Below the pieces are notes generated by a model that did no database searches, had not been told where the DNA came from, and saw only the letters and a list, made by a program, of their open reading frames with translations. Shown piece after piece: positions 26,295 to 35,889 of a stretch of DNA of 64,000 bases (the stretch's first letter is position 1; each line of letters starts with the position of its first letter). The DNA is taken from contig CAMCUB010000003.1 of NCBI GenBank assembly GCA_945878845.1, positions 62,482 to 126,481 on the forward strand, in the 5' to 3' direction. This DNA is from Erythrobacter sanguineus (GTDB lineage Bacteria; Pseudomonadota; Alphaproteobacteria; Sphingomonadales; Sphingomonadaceae). A program made the position numbers and the translations under genes.

Positions 26295-27271
26295 ACGCTG
26301 AGCGCGTGACCGGTTCGCGCGTGCTCGGCACCGGCTCGGCGCTGCCCCGCCGGGTTGTGACCAATGCGGAACTGGCAGAGACGGTCGACACCTCGGACGA
26401 ATGGATCGTCGCGCGCACCGGCATCCGCCAGCGCCATATCGCGGGCGAGGGTGAGACCACGTCCACTCTCGCCATCGCTGCCGCGCGCGCAGCGCTTGCC
26501 GATGCGGGCGTCGAGGCCTCCTCGATCGGCCTGATCGTGCTCGCCACCGCCACCCCCGACAACACCTTTCCCGCCACCGCGACCAAGGTGCAGGCTGCGC
26601 TTGGCTGTCAGGGCGGGATCGCCTTCGATGTCGCGGCGGTGTGCTCGGGTTTCCTTTATGCGCTCGCCACGGCCGATTCGCTGCTCAAGACCGGCATGGC
26701 CAAACGCGCGCTGGTGATCGGGGCGGAGACTTTCAGCCGCATTCTCGACTGGGAGGACCGCACCACCTGCGTGCTGTTCGGCGACGGCGCGGGCGCGGTG
26801 GTGCTCGAGGCGCCATCGGGTGAGACGGACGGGGCAGGCATCCTCGGCACCAGGCTCCACGCGGACGGCGACCATCACGATCTGCTCTATGTCGACGGCG
26901 GGCCTTCGAGCACGCAGACCGTCGGTCATGTCCGCATGCGCGGGCCTGAGGTGTTTCGCCACGCGGTCGTGAATCTTTCAGGCGTTCTCAGGGAAGTGCT
27001 TGAGGATACAGGCGTTTCGGTCAGCGAGATCGATTGGGTTGTGCCCCATCAGGCCAATGCCCGGATCCTCGATGCGACCGCCCGAAAGCTCGGCCTTGCG
27101 CCTGAAAAGGTGGTGGTGACGGTGCAAGATCACGCCAACACTTCGGCCGCCTCGGTGCCGCTCGCGCTCGATGTCGCGCGCAAGGACGGGCGCATCAAAG
27201 CGGGCGATCTGGTGATGCTCGAGGCGATGGGCGGCGGCTTCACTTGGGGGGCAAGCCTCATCCGCATGTGA
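26291..27271 (+). CDS. fabH: beta-ketoacyl-ACP synthase III
   Basis: GTG start overlaps the plsX stop (GTGA). Active-site AAVCSGF; HQAN ... GGGFTWGA. Confidence 0.95.
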   Translation: MNAERVTGSRVLGTGSALPRRVVTNAELAETVDTSDEWIVARTGIRQRHIAGEGETTSTLAIAAARAALADAGVEASSIGLIVLATATPDNTFPATATKVQAALGCQGGIAFDVAAVCSGFLYALATADSLLKTGMAKRALVIGAETFSRILDWEDRTTCVLFGDGAGAVVLEAPSGETDGAGILGTRLHADGDHHDLLYVDGGPSSTQTVGHVRMRGPEVFRHAVVNLSGVLREVLEDTGVSVSEIDWVVPHQANARILDATARKLGLAPEKVVVTVQDHANTSAASVPLALDVARKDGRIKAGDLVMLEAMGGGFTWGASLIRM

Positions 27272-27412
27272 GGCCGCGCCGACCGCACCTGTCTGTTTTG
27301 CTAACGGTTTGCGGAAAAAACAACAATCCGCATCGCATCGCTTTGCAATCGCGCCGAAAAACCGTAAGGCCCTGTCACCTTCTATCGGGTCGCGCCGCGA
27401 AGGAGAATTCGC

Positions 27413-27712
27413 ATGATGCGTTCGGTTGGCACTTTGACCCGCGCCGATCTGGCGGAAACCATCAATCGCAAGATGGGTTTCAGTCGCGCGGAATCGCTCG
27501 ATCTGGTCGAGGCGATCCTCGCCAAGATGAGCGACGCGCTCGCCAAGGGTGAGAACGTCAAGATTTCAGGCTTCGGCAGCTTCGTGCTGCGCGACAAGAA
27601 CGAGCGGATCGGCCGCAATCCCAAGACCGGGATCGAAGTGCCGATCACTCCGCGCCGGGTGATGACCTTCCGCGCCAGCCAGCTGCTCAAGGAACGGATC
27701 GCTCAGGGGTGA
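27413..27712 (+). CDS. ihfA: integration host factor subunit alpha
   Basis: TRADLAETI...[26 protein letters not shown]; 99 aa. Confidence 0.9.
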   Translation: MMRSVGTLTRADLAETINRKMGFSRAESLDLVEAILAKMSDALAKGENVKISGFGSFVLRDKNERIGRNPKTGIEVPITPRRVMTFRASQLLKERIAQG

Positions 27713-27731
27713 CAGCAAGAGGTGAGGCCAG

Positions 27732-28163
27732 ATGACCGCATTCGATGACGGCAAGGATGAGGGCGCGCTGCGCACCATCGGCGAAGTCAGCGAGGCGCTG
27801 GGCATCCGGCCTCATGTTCTGCGCTACTGGGAGGCGCAGTTTCCGCTCCTCAAGCCTTTGAAGCGCAGCGGCGGGCGGCGCTATTATCGTCCTGCCGATG
27901 TCACGCTGGTCGAGACCATCGACCGGCTGGTGAACCGTGAGGGCTACACCCTGAAAGGTGCAGAATCGGTGCTGCGCGCGGCCGCCAAGTCACCGATGGA
28001 CCGCCGCAAGGATGACCGCCGCGCCGGCGAACGCCGCGTCGACGCCGATCCCGACGCGGTGCCGGGCGTGCGGCTCACGGTCTCCGAAGGTCCGGACATG
28101 GCCGAGATCATCGCCGGGCTGAAGTCCGTGCGCGCAAAGCTCGCGGCGGCGCTGGAGGCCTAG
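27732..28163 (+). CDS. MerR family transcriptional regulator
   Basis: IGEVSEALGIRPHVLRYWEAQFP HTH. Usual position after ihfA. Confidence 0.8.
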   Translation: MTAFDDGKDEGALRTIGEVSEALGIRPHVLRYWEAQFPLLKPLKRSGGRRYYRPADVTLVETIDRLVNREGYTLKGAESVLRAAAKSPMDRRKDDRRAGERRVDADPDAVPGVRLTVSEGPDMAEIIAGLKSVRAKLAAALEA

Positions 28164-28885
28164 CGCAAAGGCTTTTGCCCGCAGACGCCCGTGGCGCAGC
28201 CAAAGAAGAAGCGGCGATATTCAGCATCAAGACCTTCCCCTTCCAGCATCCGGGCGAAGCCAGAGGCATTGCCGAAGCGTGTTGAATAGGTCCCGATCAT
28301 CGCGAAGTCCTGCGCGCCGCGCAGAAAGACCTGCTCGATCCTCGGCAGAACAACCTTCAAATGGAACAGATAGAGGGGGCGCAGCGCCCACCCCTTGGGG
28401 TCGGACGCCTCGATATAGGCAAAGCGCCCGCCTGGCTTGAGCACGCGGGCAGTAAGCCGGGCGAGCCGCTCATGCTGCTGGGTGTTGAACGTCTTGAGGC
28501 CGAAGGTCGAGACGACGAAGTCGGCGCTCTCATCCGGCAGATCACTCGCCAGCACATCGTCCTCGATGAAGGCAATCTTGTGCGCGCGCATCGTGTGAAG
28601 CCGGCCCATCGCGCGGCGGTGCATGCCGGCCGAAATATCGACCGCGGTGATTTCCGCGACATCCGGGTGCGCCTGAAGGAGATGGGGCCAGACTTCGCCG
28701 GTCCCCGCCATCAGGTCATATCCGCGTGCGTCCGGTGACAGGCCCGCCAGCATTTCAACGCATTGCCGACGCCATCTTTCAGTGAAGCCCAGCGAGCAGA
28801 CGGTGCTGAAGGCAATATATTTCTCCGAGCAGCGATCAAACACGTCGCGCACATAGGCGGGATCGTAAATGTCGGGGGCGCTCAT
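28160..28885 (-). CDS. class I SAM-dependent methyltransferase
   Basis: ATG at 28885 overlaps the smc stop (TGATG). Motif I is YDLMAGTGE. Confidence 0.75.
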   Translation of the reverse strand: MSAPDIYDPAYVRDVFDRCSEKYIAFSTVCSLGFTERWRRQCVEMLAGLSPDARGYDLMAGTGEVWPHLLQAHPDVAEITAVDISAGMHRRAMGRLHTMRAHKIAFIEDDVLASDLPDESADFVVSTFGLKTFNTQQHERLARLTARVLKPGGRFAYIEASDPKGWALRPLYLFHLKVVLPRIEQVFLRGAQDFAMIGTYSTRFGNASGFARMLEGEGLDAEYRRFFFGCATGVCGQKPLR

Positions 28886-31800
28886 CACTCCGCCGCCAGC
28901 AGCGCGGCCTCGCCCAGATCGACGCTGACGAGGCGCGAGATGCCCTTTTCGGCCATCGTTACCCCGAACAGGCGTTGCATGCGGCTCATCGTCACCGCGT
29001 TGTGGGTCACGATAAGGTAGCGGGTGCTGGTGCTGGCGACCATCGATTCGAGGAGGTCGCAGAAGCGTTCGACATTGGCGTCGTCGAGCGGCGCGTCGAC
29101 TTCGTCGAGCACGCAGATCGGCGCGGGGTTGGTGAGGAACAGCGCGAAGATCAGCGCCGTGGCGGTCAGCGCCTGCTCGCCGCCCGACAGCAGCGAGAGA
29201 GATTGCAGCCGCTTGCCCGGCGGCTGGGCGTAGATTTCGAGACCGGCCTCAAGCGGATCGTCCGAATCGATGAGCGCGAGGTGCGCCGCGCCCCCTTCGA
29301 ACAGCCGGGTGAACAGCACCCGGAAATGGCCGTCGACCGCCTCGAAAGCGGCGCGCAGGCGCTCGCGGCCCTCGCGGTTGAGGTTGCCGATCGAGCCGCG
29401 CAGCCGCGCGATCGCCTCGACCAGTTCGGCCTGTTCCTCGGCGGATGAGCCGTGTTCTGCCTCGATCCGCGCGAGCTCGTCTGCCGCCACCAGATTGACC
29501 GGGCCGATCCGTTCGCGCGCGGCGGTGAGCTTTTCGAGCTCTGCGGATTCCTCGGTCGCTGGAGCAAGGTCGTTCTCGTCGAAGCCGAAGCGGTCCCCGA
29601 GCAGCGGGGGCGGGCACTGGAAGCGCTCGCCCGAGATGCGGGCCATTTCGGCGCGGCGCAGCTCCTCGTTCTCGGCGCGGGCGGCAAGGCTGGCGCGGGC
29701 TTCGCGGGCCTGGGCGAGGACCTCGGTGCACTGCGCGAGCGTAGTGTCGGCGGCGCGGCTGCGCGCCTCGGCCTCGCGCATCGCGGCGTCGGCCTCGGCG
29801 AGTTCGGCGGCGAGGCGGGTGCGGGTGGCTTCGCCCGCCTCAAGCTCGGCGGAGAGCGCGGCGGGCTTGGCGGCGATGACGGCGTGTTCCTCGGCGATTT
29901 CGGCGAGGCGGCGCGAGGTTTCGGCCATGCGGCGCTCGGCATCCGAGGCGCGGGCCTGCCAGCCGGCGTGGTCGGCCTGCTGCCCGGCGAGACGCTCGCG
30001 CGCCACTGCCAGCGCCTGATCCTGCGCGGCGAGATCGGCGAGTGCGGCCTGCACAGCGGCGCGGGCGGCCGCGTTCTTGGCCTGTGCGGCCTCGAGCGCC
30101 TGACGCCCCGCATCGCGCGCGGGCAGGCGCTCGCGGGCGGCTTCGGCGGCGGCGACGTCTTCGCGGGCGGCGGCGATCTGGGTGTCGATGTCCGAGGCGC
30201 TGGCGGCGAGTTCGGCGAGGCGCGCGGCGCGGCGTTCCTTGGCGGCCTCGGCCTGATCAAGCCGCCGCAGCGCCTGCCGTTCGGCCTCGATCGCGCCCGC
30301 AATATTGCGTTCCTGCGCCACGAGGGCGGTCTGGAGCGCAGAGAGTTCCTCGCGACAAGCCTTGTCCTCAGCCTCGGCGGTGGCGGCGGCTTCGCGCAAG
30401 GGGGGCAGGGCAGCTTCGAGTTCGGCGAGGCGGTTCGCCGCTTCAAGCTGCGCGGCCTCGGCAGCGCCTTCGCCGCGCGCCACAAAACCGTCCCAGCGCC
30501 GCAGGTGCCCGGCGTGGGTCACCAGCCATTCGCCCGGGGCAAGCGCGCGGCCGTCATCCGCCTCGACGCAGTGCACCAACGCGAGGCGGGCGGCGAGCTC
30601 TTCGGGGCATTGCGACAGGCGCTGGGCGAGGCTGTCGGCCACCGGCGCGGGCGCGGCGGCGCTCCCCGTCCAGAACCGCCCGTCGGGCGTCCCGGCAGGT
30701 GCGCCCAAAGGTGATTTCCCGTCGCGCCCCAGCACCGCGGCGAGCGCGCGTTCGTAGCCGGGGGTGACGGTGACGCGGTCGAGCGGCGTCGCCAAGCCCT
30801 GCCGCCCGGCCTCGCGCTTGGCGCGGGCCTCGCGGTCGCGAGCCAGCGCGGTATGCTCGCGCTCGACGCCCGCCAGTTCGGCGCGCGCGGCGGCGAGGGC
30901 GCTGGCGACGTCGTCGCGCCGCGCTTGCAGGTCGGCCTTGCGCGATTGATCCTCGGCGAGCCGGGCGCGCAGGCGGGCGAGGTCGTCTGCCGCCTCATCC
31001 GCTGCCTCTCGCGCGGCGATCACGTCGGCTTCGGGATCGCCGCTGGCGGCGAGTTCGGCGCGGGTGCGTTCGAGCCGGGCGGCCTCGGCCTCGATCCGCG
31101 CGAGGCGGCCTCGCGCCTGTTCGACCGCCGCTTCGGCGACGCGCCATTCGGCCTCGACTCCGGCCTGATCGGCGGTGGCCTTGGCCAGCGCGAGTTCAGC
31201 GGCGCGGCTGGCGCGTTCCTTGTCCTCGGCCTTCTCGGCGATCAGCGGCCGCGCGGCTTCGGCTGCCGCCGCGCCTGCACGGCTGACCTCGAGTTCCTGC
31301 GTGAGCCGCGCCAGCGCCTCGACCGCGGCGCTGGTCATGCGGTCGGCATCCGAGCGGTCTTCCTCGAGCCGCACCCGCTGGCGTTCGAGATCGCGCAGCC
31401 GGGTTTCGGCGGCATCGAGCTTCTCGGCGAGCGCGGCCATGCGGTGCCCGTGGGCCGAGGAATCGTCGCGGCGGTCGGCGAGTTCGTCGCGCGCTTCGGC
31501 CAGCGCATGGGCGGCTTCGGCCTGCTCCTTCTGCACCACCTCGACCGCCTTCTGCGCCTCGGCGACCCGCGCCTCTGCGCCTTCGGCGGCGGCGCGTGCG
31601 GCTTTGGCAGCGGCGGCGGCCTCGCGCCAGCGGGCGAACAGCAGCCGCGCCTCGGCGGCCTGAATCTGGCGGGTGAGATCGGTATAGCGCTCGGCCTGCC
31701 GCGCCTGACGCTTCAATGAGGCGATCTGCGCATCAAGCCCCGCCATCAGGTCTTCGAGCCGCGCAAGGTTGGTCTCGGCGGCGCGCAGCTTGCTTTCGGC

Positions 31801-32310
31801 ATCCTTGCGCCGGACGTGCAGCCCGGCGATGCCCGCCGCTTCTTCCAGCATCGCGCGGCGCTCGGCCGGTTTGGCGGCGATCACCTGTGCGATCTTGCCT
31901 TGGCTGACCAGCGCGGGCGAGTGCGCGCCGGTGGCGGCATCGGCGAAGGTCAGCGCCACGTCCTTGGCGCGCACGTCGCGGCCATTGACGCGGTAGGCTG
32001 AGCCCGCGCCGCGTTCGATCCGGCGGGTGACGACCAGCTCCTCACCGCCGTCATCCGAGGCGTGGAGCACCACTTCGGCAAAGTCGCGGGGCGGCCTCGT
32101 GGAGGTGCCCGCGAAGATCACATCCTCCATGCCGCCCGACCGCATCGACTTGGCCGAGGTCTCCCCCATGACCCAGCGGATCGCTTCAAGCAGGTTCGAT
32201 TTTCCGCAGCCATTGGGGCCGACGACCCCGGTCAGCCCCGGCTCGATGCGCAGTTCCGCCGGCTCGACGAAGCTCTTGAAGCCGCTCAGCTTGAGCCGGT
32301 GGATCTGCAT
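28885..32310 (-). CDS. smc: chromosome segregation protein SMC
   Basis: Walker A GPNGCGKSN, long Ala/Glu/Arg coiled coils, signature LSGGEQAL, Walker B CVLDEVDAPLD. Confidence 0.95.
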   Translation of the reverse strand: MQIHRLKLSGFKSFVEPAELRIEPGLTGVVGPNGCGKSNLLEAIRWVMGETSAKSMRSGGMEDVIFAGTSTRPPRDFAEVVLHASDDGGEELVVTRRIERGAGSAYRVNGRDVRAKDVALTFADAATGAHSPALVSQGKIAQVIAAKPAERRAMLEEAAGIAGLHVRRKDAESKLRAAETNLARLEDLMAGLDAQIASLKRQARQAERYTDLTRQIQAAEARLLFARWREAAAAAKAARAAAEGAEARVAEAQKAVEVVQKEQAEAAHALAEARDELADRRDDSSAHGHRMAALAEKLDAAETRLRDLERQRVRLEEDRSDADRMTSAAVEALARLTQELEVSRAGAAAAEAARPLIAEKAEDKERASRAAELALAKATADQAGVEAEWRVAEAAVEQARGRLARIEAEAARLERTRAELAASGDPEADVIAAREAADEAADDLARLRARLAEDQSRKADLQARRDDVASALAAARAELAGVEREHTALARDREARAKREAGRQGLATPLDRVTVTPGYERALAAVLGRDGKSPLGAPAGTPDGRFWTGSAAAPAPVADSLAQRLSQCPEELAARLALVHCVEADDGRALAPGEWLVTHAGHLRRWDGFVARGEGAAEAAQLEAANRLAELEAALPPLREAAATAEAEDKACREELSALQTALVAQERNIAGAIEAERQALRRLDQAEAAKERRAARLAELAASASDIDTQIAAAREDVAAAEAARERLPARDAGRQALEAAQAKNAAARAAVQAALADLAAQDQALAVARERLAGQQADHAGWQARASDAERRMAETSRRLAEIAEEHAVIAAKPAALSAELEAGEATRTRLAAELAEADAAMREAEARSRAADTTLAQCTEVLAQAREARASLAARAENEELRRAEMARISGERFQCPPPLLGDRFGFDENDLAPATEESAELEKLTAARERIGPVNLVAADELARIEAEHGSSAEEQAELVEAIARLRGSIGNLNREGRERLRAAFEAVDGHFRVLFTRLFEGGAAHLALIDSDDPLEAGLEIYAQPPGKRLQSLSLLSGGEQALTATALIFALFLTNPAPICVLDEVDAPLDDANVERFCDLLESMVASTSTRYLIVTHNAVTMSRMQRLFGVTMAEKGISRLVSVDLGEAALLAAE

Positions 32311-32339
32311 CTTCTGACTTGGCGCTCCGCCCGCCAGCC

Positions 32340-33086
32340 TTAGCGCGCGCCGGCGCGCTGGAGCCGGGGTTCGAGCTCGGCCCAGCTGCTGCCTTCGATC
32401 TTATTGCCGTTGAGCACGAAGGTCGGGGTCGATTCGATCTTGTCCTCGGTGCCGTAGCTTTCCGAGATCTTGGAGATCTTCTCGAGGCTGGCGAAATCGG
32501 CCATGCAGGCGCGCGCCTGGTCTGCGCTGATCCCGCGCGCGGCGAAGAATTCATAGAGGCCGGTGAGCTCGCCGAAGCGCACAAAGCGCTCGTTCTCGGG
32601 GAACTTGGCGAGGTCGTTCAGGGCGGATTCGTTGGCGAAGGCGCGCTGCTGGATCGGGCCGAGATTGGCCCAGACCTGCTCGGCGAGCGGCATCGCGGCC
32701 TCGGGCGCCGAGCAGCCGATCAGGCGGGTGAGCGCAAGGTCGATCGGACCGTGGATCACGAAGCTGCGGAATTCGAAGCTGACTCGGCCCGAATTGACGT
32801 AGGTTTCCATCAGCGGCTTGGTCGCCTCTTCGGAGAAGCGCGCGCAGGCCGGGCAGGTGAGCGAGCCGTATTCGATCAGCTTGAGCGGCGCATCGGGATT
32901 GCCGACGAGGTAGCCGCCCTTTTCGGTGGCGACGACCTTCTGCGCCCAGGTCGTGCCCGCAGGCGGGGCGACGATCGGCAGCGGCTCGCTGCTCGCACCA
33001 TCGGGGTCGGCTTCCGCGCCGCAGGCGGCCAGCATCAACGGCGCGAGGGCGGCAAGGCAGAGCGAGAAGAGGCGGGTCAGGGTCAT
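32340..33086 (-). CDS. DsbA-family thiol:disulfide oxidoreductase (lipoprotein signal)
   Basis: LAPLMLAACGA signal; active site TCPACARF. Confidence 0.75.
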   Translation of the reverse strand: MTLTRLFSLCLAALAPLMLAACGAEADPDGASSEPLPIVAPPAGTTWAQKVVATEKGGYLVGNPDAPLKLIEYGSLTCPACARFSEEATKPLMETYVNSGRVSFEFRSFVIHGPIDLALTRLIGCSAPEAAMPLAEQVWANLGPIQQRAFANESALNDLAKFPENERFVRFGELTGLYEFFAARGISADQARACMADFASLEKISKISESYGTEDKIESTPTFVLNGNKIEGSSWAELEPRLQRAGAR

Positions 33087-33189
33087 CTTGTATTCCTCGG
33101 GCGTTCGCTATGGGTCGGAAGGATAGCCCCGCACGCGCGTCGCCAGCAAGCATGGCTGCGCCGGGGATGTGGAACAATCTGTGGGCGCG

Positions 33190-33921
33190 TCAGTCGGCCT
33201 TGGCGGTGAAGCGGTCGCGCAGCAGCGGGTAGAGCGCATCCCAGCTATGGACCTCGGCGAGCAGCTTGCCGTCCATCGCAAAGCTGGGCGTGCTGTTGAC
33301 GCCGAATTCGGTGCCGTCGGCCTCGTCGTTCTGGAGCAGCTTCTGGGCGGCGGCGTCGTTGGTGACGCAGGCGTCGAGCTCGGCCTTGGATTGCCCCTTG
33401 GCGGCGAGCATCGCGGTCAGCCCCAGCGCGCTCGCGGCGTTCAAGCGCCCGGCCTTGTCGCCGCGCTGCCAGATCGCCTGCTGGGTCTTGGGCGCAGCGT
33501 ATGCCTTGCCGAGCCAGTCGGCCTGGGCGAGGATCAGCGTGCGGTGGCGGACCTTGAACTGCGCCGGATCGCCGCAATTAGCGAGCAGCGTCACCGCAAG
33601 GTCGAGCCCGTTGCGGATCACCGGGCGCACCTCGACCGTGAGCTTGCCCGGCCCGAGAAGCACCACATCGAGCGCGGGTTCGCCGCGCGCGGCGAAATCG
33701 GCGCAGTGCGGGCAGGTGTAGCTGATAAACTCGACCAGCCGCGTTTCGGCCTCCGGATTGCCGATCAGGTGGCCTCGTTCCGTGCGGGTGACGGTGTTCT
33801 GCCAGTTGGCCGATTTGGGCTTGGGCGCAAAGGCGCTATCGGGGCGCGAGAGGTCCTGCGACGATGCAGCGCCGGCGGCCAGAGCGAGCGCGCCGGCGGC
33901 AAGAAGGAGGGGCTTGATCAT
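33190..33921 (-). CDS. DsbA-family thiol:disulfide oxidoreductase (secreted)
   Basis: Signal MIKPLLLAAGALALAAGAAS; active site TCPHCADF. Confidence 0.75.
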   Translation of the reverse strand: MIKPLLLAAGALALAAGAASSQDLSRPDSAFAPKPKSANWQNTVTRTERGHLIGNPEAETRLVEFISYTCPHCADFAARGEPALDVVLLGPGKLTVEVRPVIRNGLDLAVTLLANCGDPAQFKVRHRTLILAQADWLGKAYAAPKTQQAIWQRGDKAGRLNAASALGLTAMLAAKGQSKAELDACVTNDAAAQKLLQNDEADGTEFGVNSTPSFAMDGKLLAEVHSWDALYPLLRDRFTAKAD

Positions 33922-34457
33922 GCGGGGTCGTCTTCCGATGGGGTCGGGGTTTCACTGTTCGAGAGGCTGCGGGCGAGCGATTCGAGCACGGTGCGCAGTT
34001 CCGGATCGCCGATATCGCGCAAGCTGTCGCCCAATTCCAGCGGGATCGGCTTCAGCGAGGGCGGGGGCTTGGCGGCGCGGTCATCGGTGGGCGGGGTCAC
34101 CCCGCCGTGGCGCAGCTTGACCCGTGCGACGGCGCGGTAGCCGAAGAAGCGGTTCACGCGCTCGATGATCTCGGGGATCACCTGGGTGATGAGCGGGGCG
34201 TGGGCGGGGATCACGACCAGCTGGAGGATGCCTTCGGCCTTCTCGCCCGGGGGAAAGCGGATCGCCTCGGGGCTGCACACGCGGGCGTGGCGGTGGCCGA
34301 CGATCTCGGGCCAGCGGGTGACGACCGAGCTTTGCACGAAGCCGAAACGGCGAAAGGCAGTGCGGCCGATCTCGGGCATGAGATCGCCGATCGCCTTCGC
34401 GCCCTGACCGCGGGGGCGGGTATAAGGTTTGGGAGTTTTGGGTGTGCCGCTTTTCAT
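33918..34457 (-). CDS. DUF721 (DciA-like) protein
   Basis: ATG at 34457 (MKSGTPKTPK; alternative ATG at 34472). WPEIVG...IIERVNRFFGYRAVARVKL matches the DUF721 pattern. Start is uncertain. Confidence 0.6.
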   Translation of the reverse strand: MKSGTPKTPKPYTRPRGQGAKAIGDLMPEIGRTAFRRFGFVQSSVVTRWPEIVGHRHARVCSPEAIRFPPGEKAEGILQLVVIPAHAPLITQVIPEIIERVNRFFGYRAVARVKLRHGGVTPPTDDRAAKPPPSLKPIPLELGDSLRDIGDPELRTVLESLARSLSNSETPTPSEDDPA

Positions 34458-34486
34458 GGGTCCGCCCGTCATGCCATAGGCCGCGC

Positions 34487-35545
34487 GTGACTGCCAGCAT
34501 CTCGCCCGAAATCTCCGCCGATCTGCTCGCCTGGTATGGTCGCAACGCCCGCGATCTGCCGTGGCGCCTGCCGCCGGGAGCCACGCTGCCCGACGACCCC
34601 GCGTGGCCCTACCGCGTGTGGCTGTCGGAGGTGATGCTCCAGCAGACCACGGTCGCGGCGGTGAAGCCCTATTTCGCGAAATTTGTGGGCGTCTGGCCGA
34701 CGGTCGAGGCGCTGGCGGCGGCATCGGACGATGACGTCATGGCGGCGTGGGCGGGGCTCGGCTACTATTCGCGCGCCCGCAACCTGCTGAAATGCGCACG
34801 CGCGGTGGCGGAGCGCGGGGGCTTTCCGGACACCGAGGCCGAATTGCGCGCGCTCCCCAGCCTCGGCGATTACACCGCTGCCGCGGTCGCCGCGATCGCC
34901 TTCGGGCGGCGCGCGGTGGTGGTCGATGCCAATGTCGAGCGGGTGGTCGCGCGGCTCTTCGCGATTGCCGAGCCGTTGCCGGGGGCGAGGAAGGCGATCC
35001 GCGCCGCCACCGCCACCATCACGCCCGAAGACCGCGCGGGCGACTTTGCGCAAGCGATGATGGACTTGGGCAGCCACGTCTGCACCACACGGGCGCCGCG
35101 CTGCCTGCTCTGCCCGCTCGCGGGGGAATGCGAAGGGCGCAAACAGGGCGAGCCAGAACGCCTGCCCGTCAAGCCACCCAAGAAGCAGGTGCCCGAGCGG
35201 CGCGGCACCGCCTTCTGGATTACCCGGGCGCGAGGAACGCAGGTTTGGCTCGTCACCCGCCCGGCGCAAGGCATGCTCGGCGGGATGCGCGCGCTGCCTG
35301 ATGATGGCTGGAGCGCGCAAGGCGACGGATCGGGCAAGGTGCCCCTGGCGGGCGAATGGCGGAAGCTGGGCGCGGTGCGGCACGGCTTCACTCATGTGCA
35401 TCTCACGCTCGAGGTGCAGGCGCTCGAAACCCTGTCGCAACCACGCGGGGCAGGGCAGTGGTGGCCGGTCGAGAATATCGGCGAGGCGGGGCTGGCGACC
35501 CTGTTCGCCAAGGCGGCGCAGCTTGCGATCGCCGCGCGGGACTAG
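34487..35545 (+). CDS. mutY: A/G-specific adenine glycosylase
   Basis: Probable GTG start at 34487. WLSEVMLQQTTV; FeS cluster CTTRAPRCLLCPLAGEC; C-terminal NUDIX-like domain. Confidence 0.85.
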   Translation: MTASISPEISADLLAWYGRNARDLPWRLPPGATLPDDPAWPYRVWLSEVMLQQTTVAAVKPYFAKFVGVWPTVEALAAASDDDVMAAWAGLGYYSRARNLLKCARAVAERGGFPDTEAELRALPSLGDYTAAAVAAIAFGRRAVVVDANVERVVARLFAIAEPLPGARKAIRAATATITPEDRAGDFAQAMMDLGSHVCTTRAPRCLLCPLAGECEGRKQGEPERLPVKPPKKQVPERRGTAFWITRARGTQVWLVTRPAQGMLGGMRALPDDGWSAQGDGSGKVPLAGEWRKLGAVRHGFTHVHLTLEVQALETLSQPRGAGQWWPVENIGEAGLATLFAKAAQLAIAARD

Positions 35546-35763
35546 AGAATCCCGCCGCCCAGCGACAGCCGCACGCCCGCGATCAGCAGGACTACGAGAC
35601 AGAAGTTGCGCCCGCCGTCTTTCGAGGACAGCGCGCCGAGCACGATCCCCACCACGATCAGCGGCAGGGCGAACCAGTTGGCCCAGCCGAGCAGCGGGAT
35701 CTGCGCGGGAATGACGATCACCAGGCTGACAAGGCCGACGAGATAGGCAAGGGCGTTGAGCAT
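35542..35763 (-). CDS. small hypothetical membrane protein (73 aa)
   Basis: ATG at 35763. Two hydrophobic helices. No SD; a palindrome abuts the start codon. Confidence 0.4.
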   Translation of the reverse strand: MLNALAYLVGLVSLVIVIPAQIPLLGWANWFALPLIVVGIVLGALSSKDGGRNFCLVVLLIAGVRLSLGGGIL

Positions 35764-35785
35764 GTGTCTTATATAGATAAGACAC
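35764..35785. promoter_or_regulatory. AT-rich perfect inverted repeat (candidate operator or 5' hairpin)
   Basis: GTGTCTTAT-ATAG-ATAAGACAC: 9-bp arms, immediately upstream of the ATG at 35763. Confidence 0.35.
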
Positions 35786-35889
35786 CGCGTGCTTGCAAGC
35801 CGCCTTGCGCGGATTGACCCACCCGATTGACGGGGCCCACGCCCTGCCGCAGACAGGCGCGCGAAAAAGCCGTTTGGAGATTCTCGCCG

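Noticed and set aside
29166-30485. 439-aa same-strand alternative-frame ORF inside smc (possible overprinted gene)
   Set aside because: The product is an extreme Pro/Arg/Ala/Ser string. It is explained by the Ala/Glu/Arg codon periodicity of the SMC coiled coil read out of frame. There is no start context or independent evidence.
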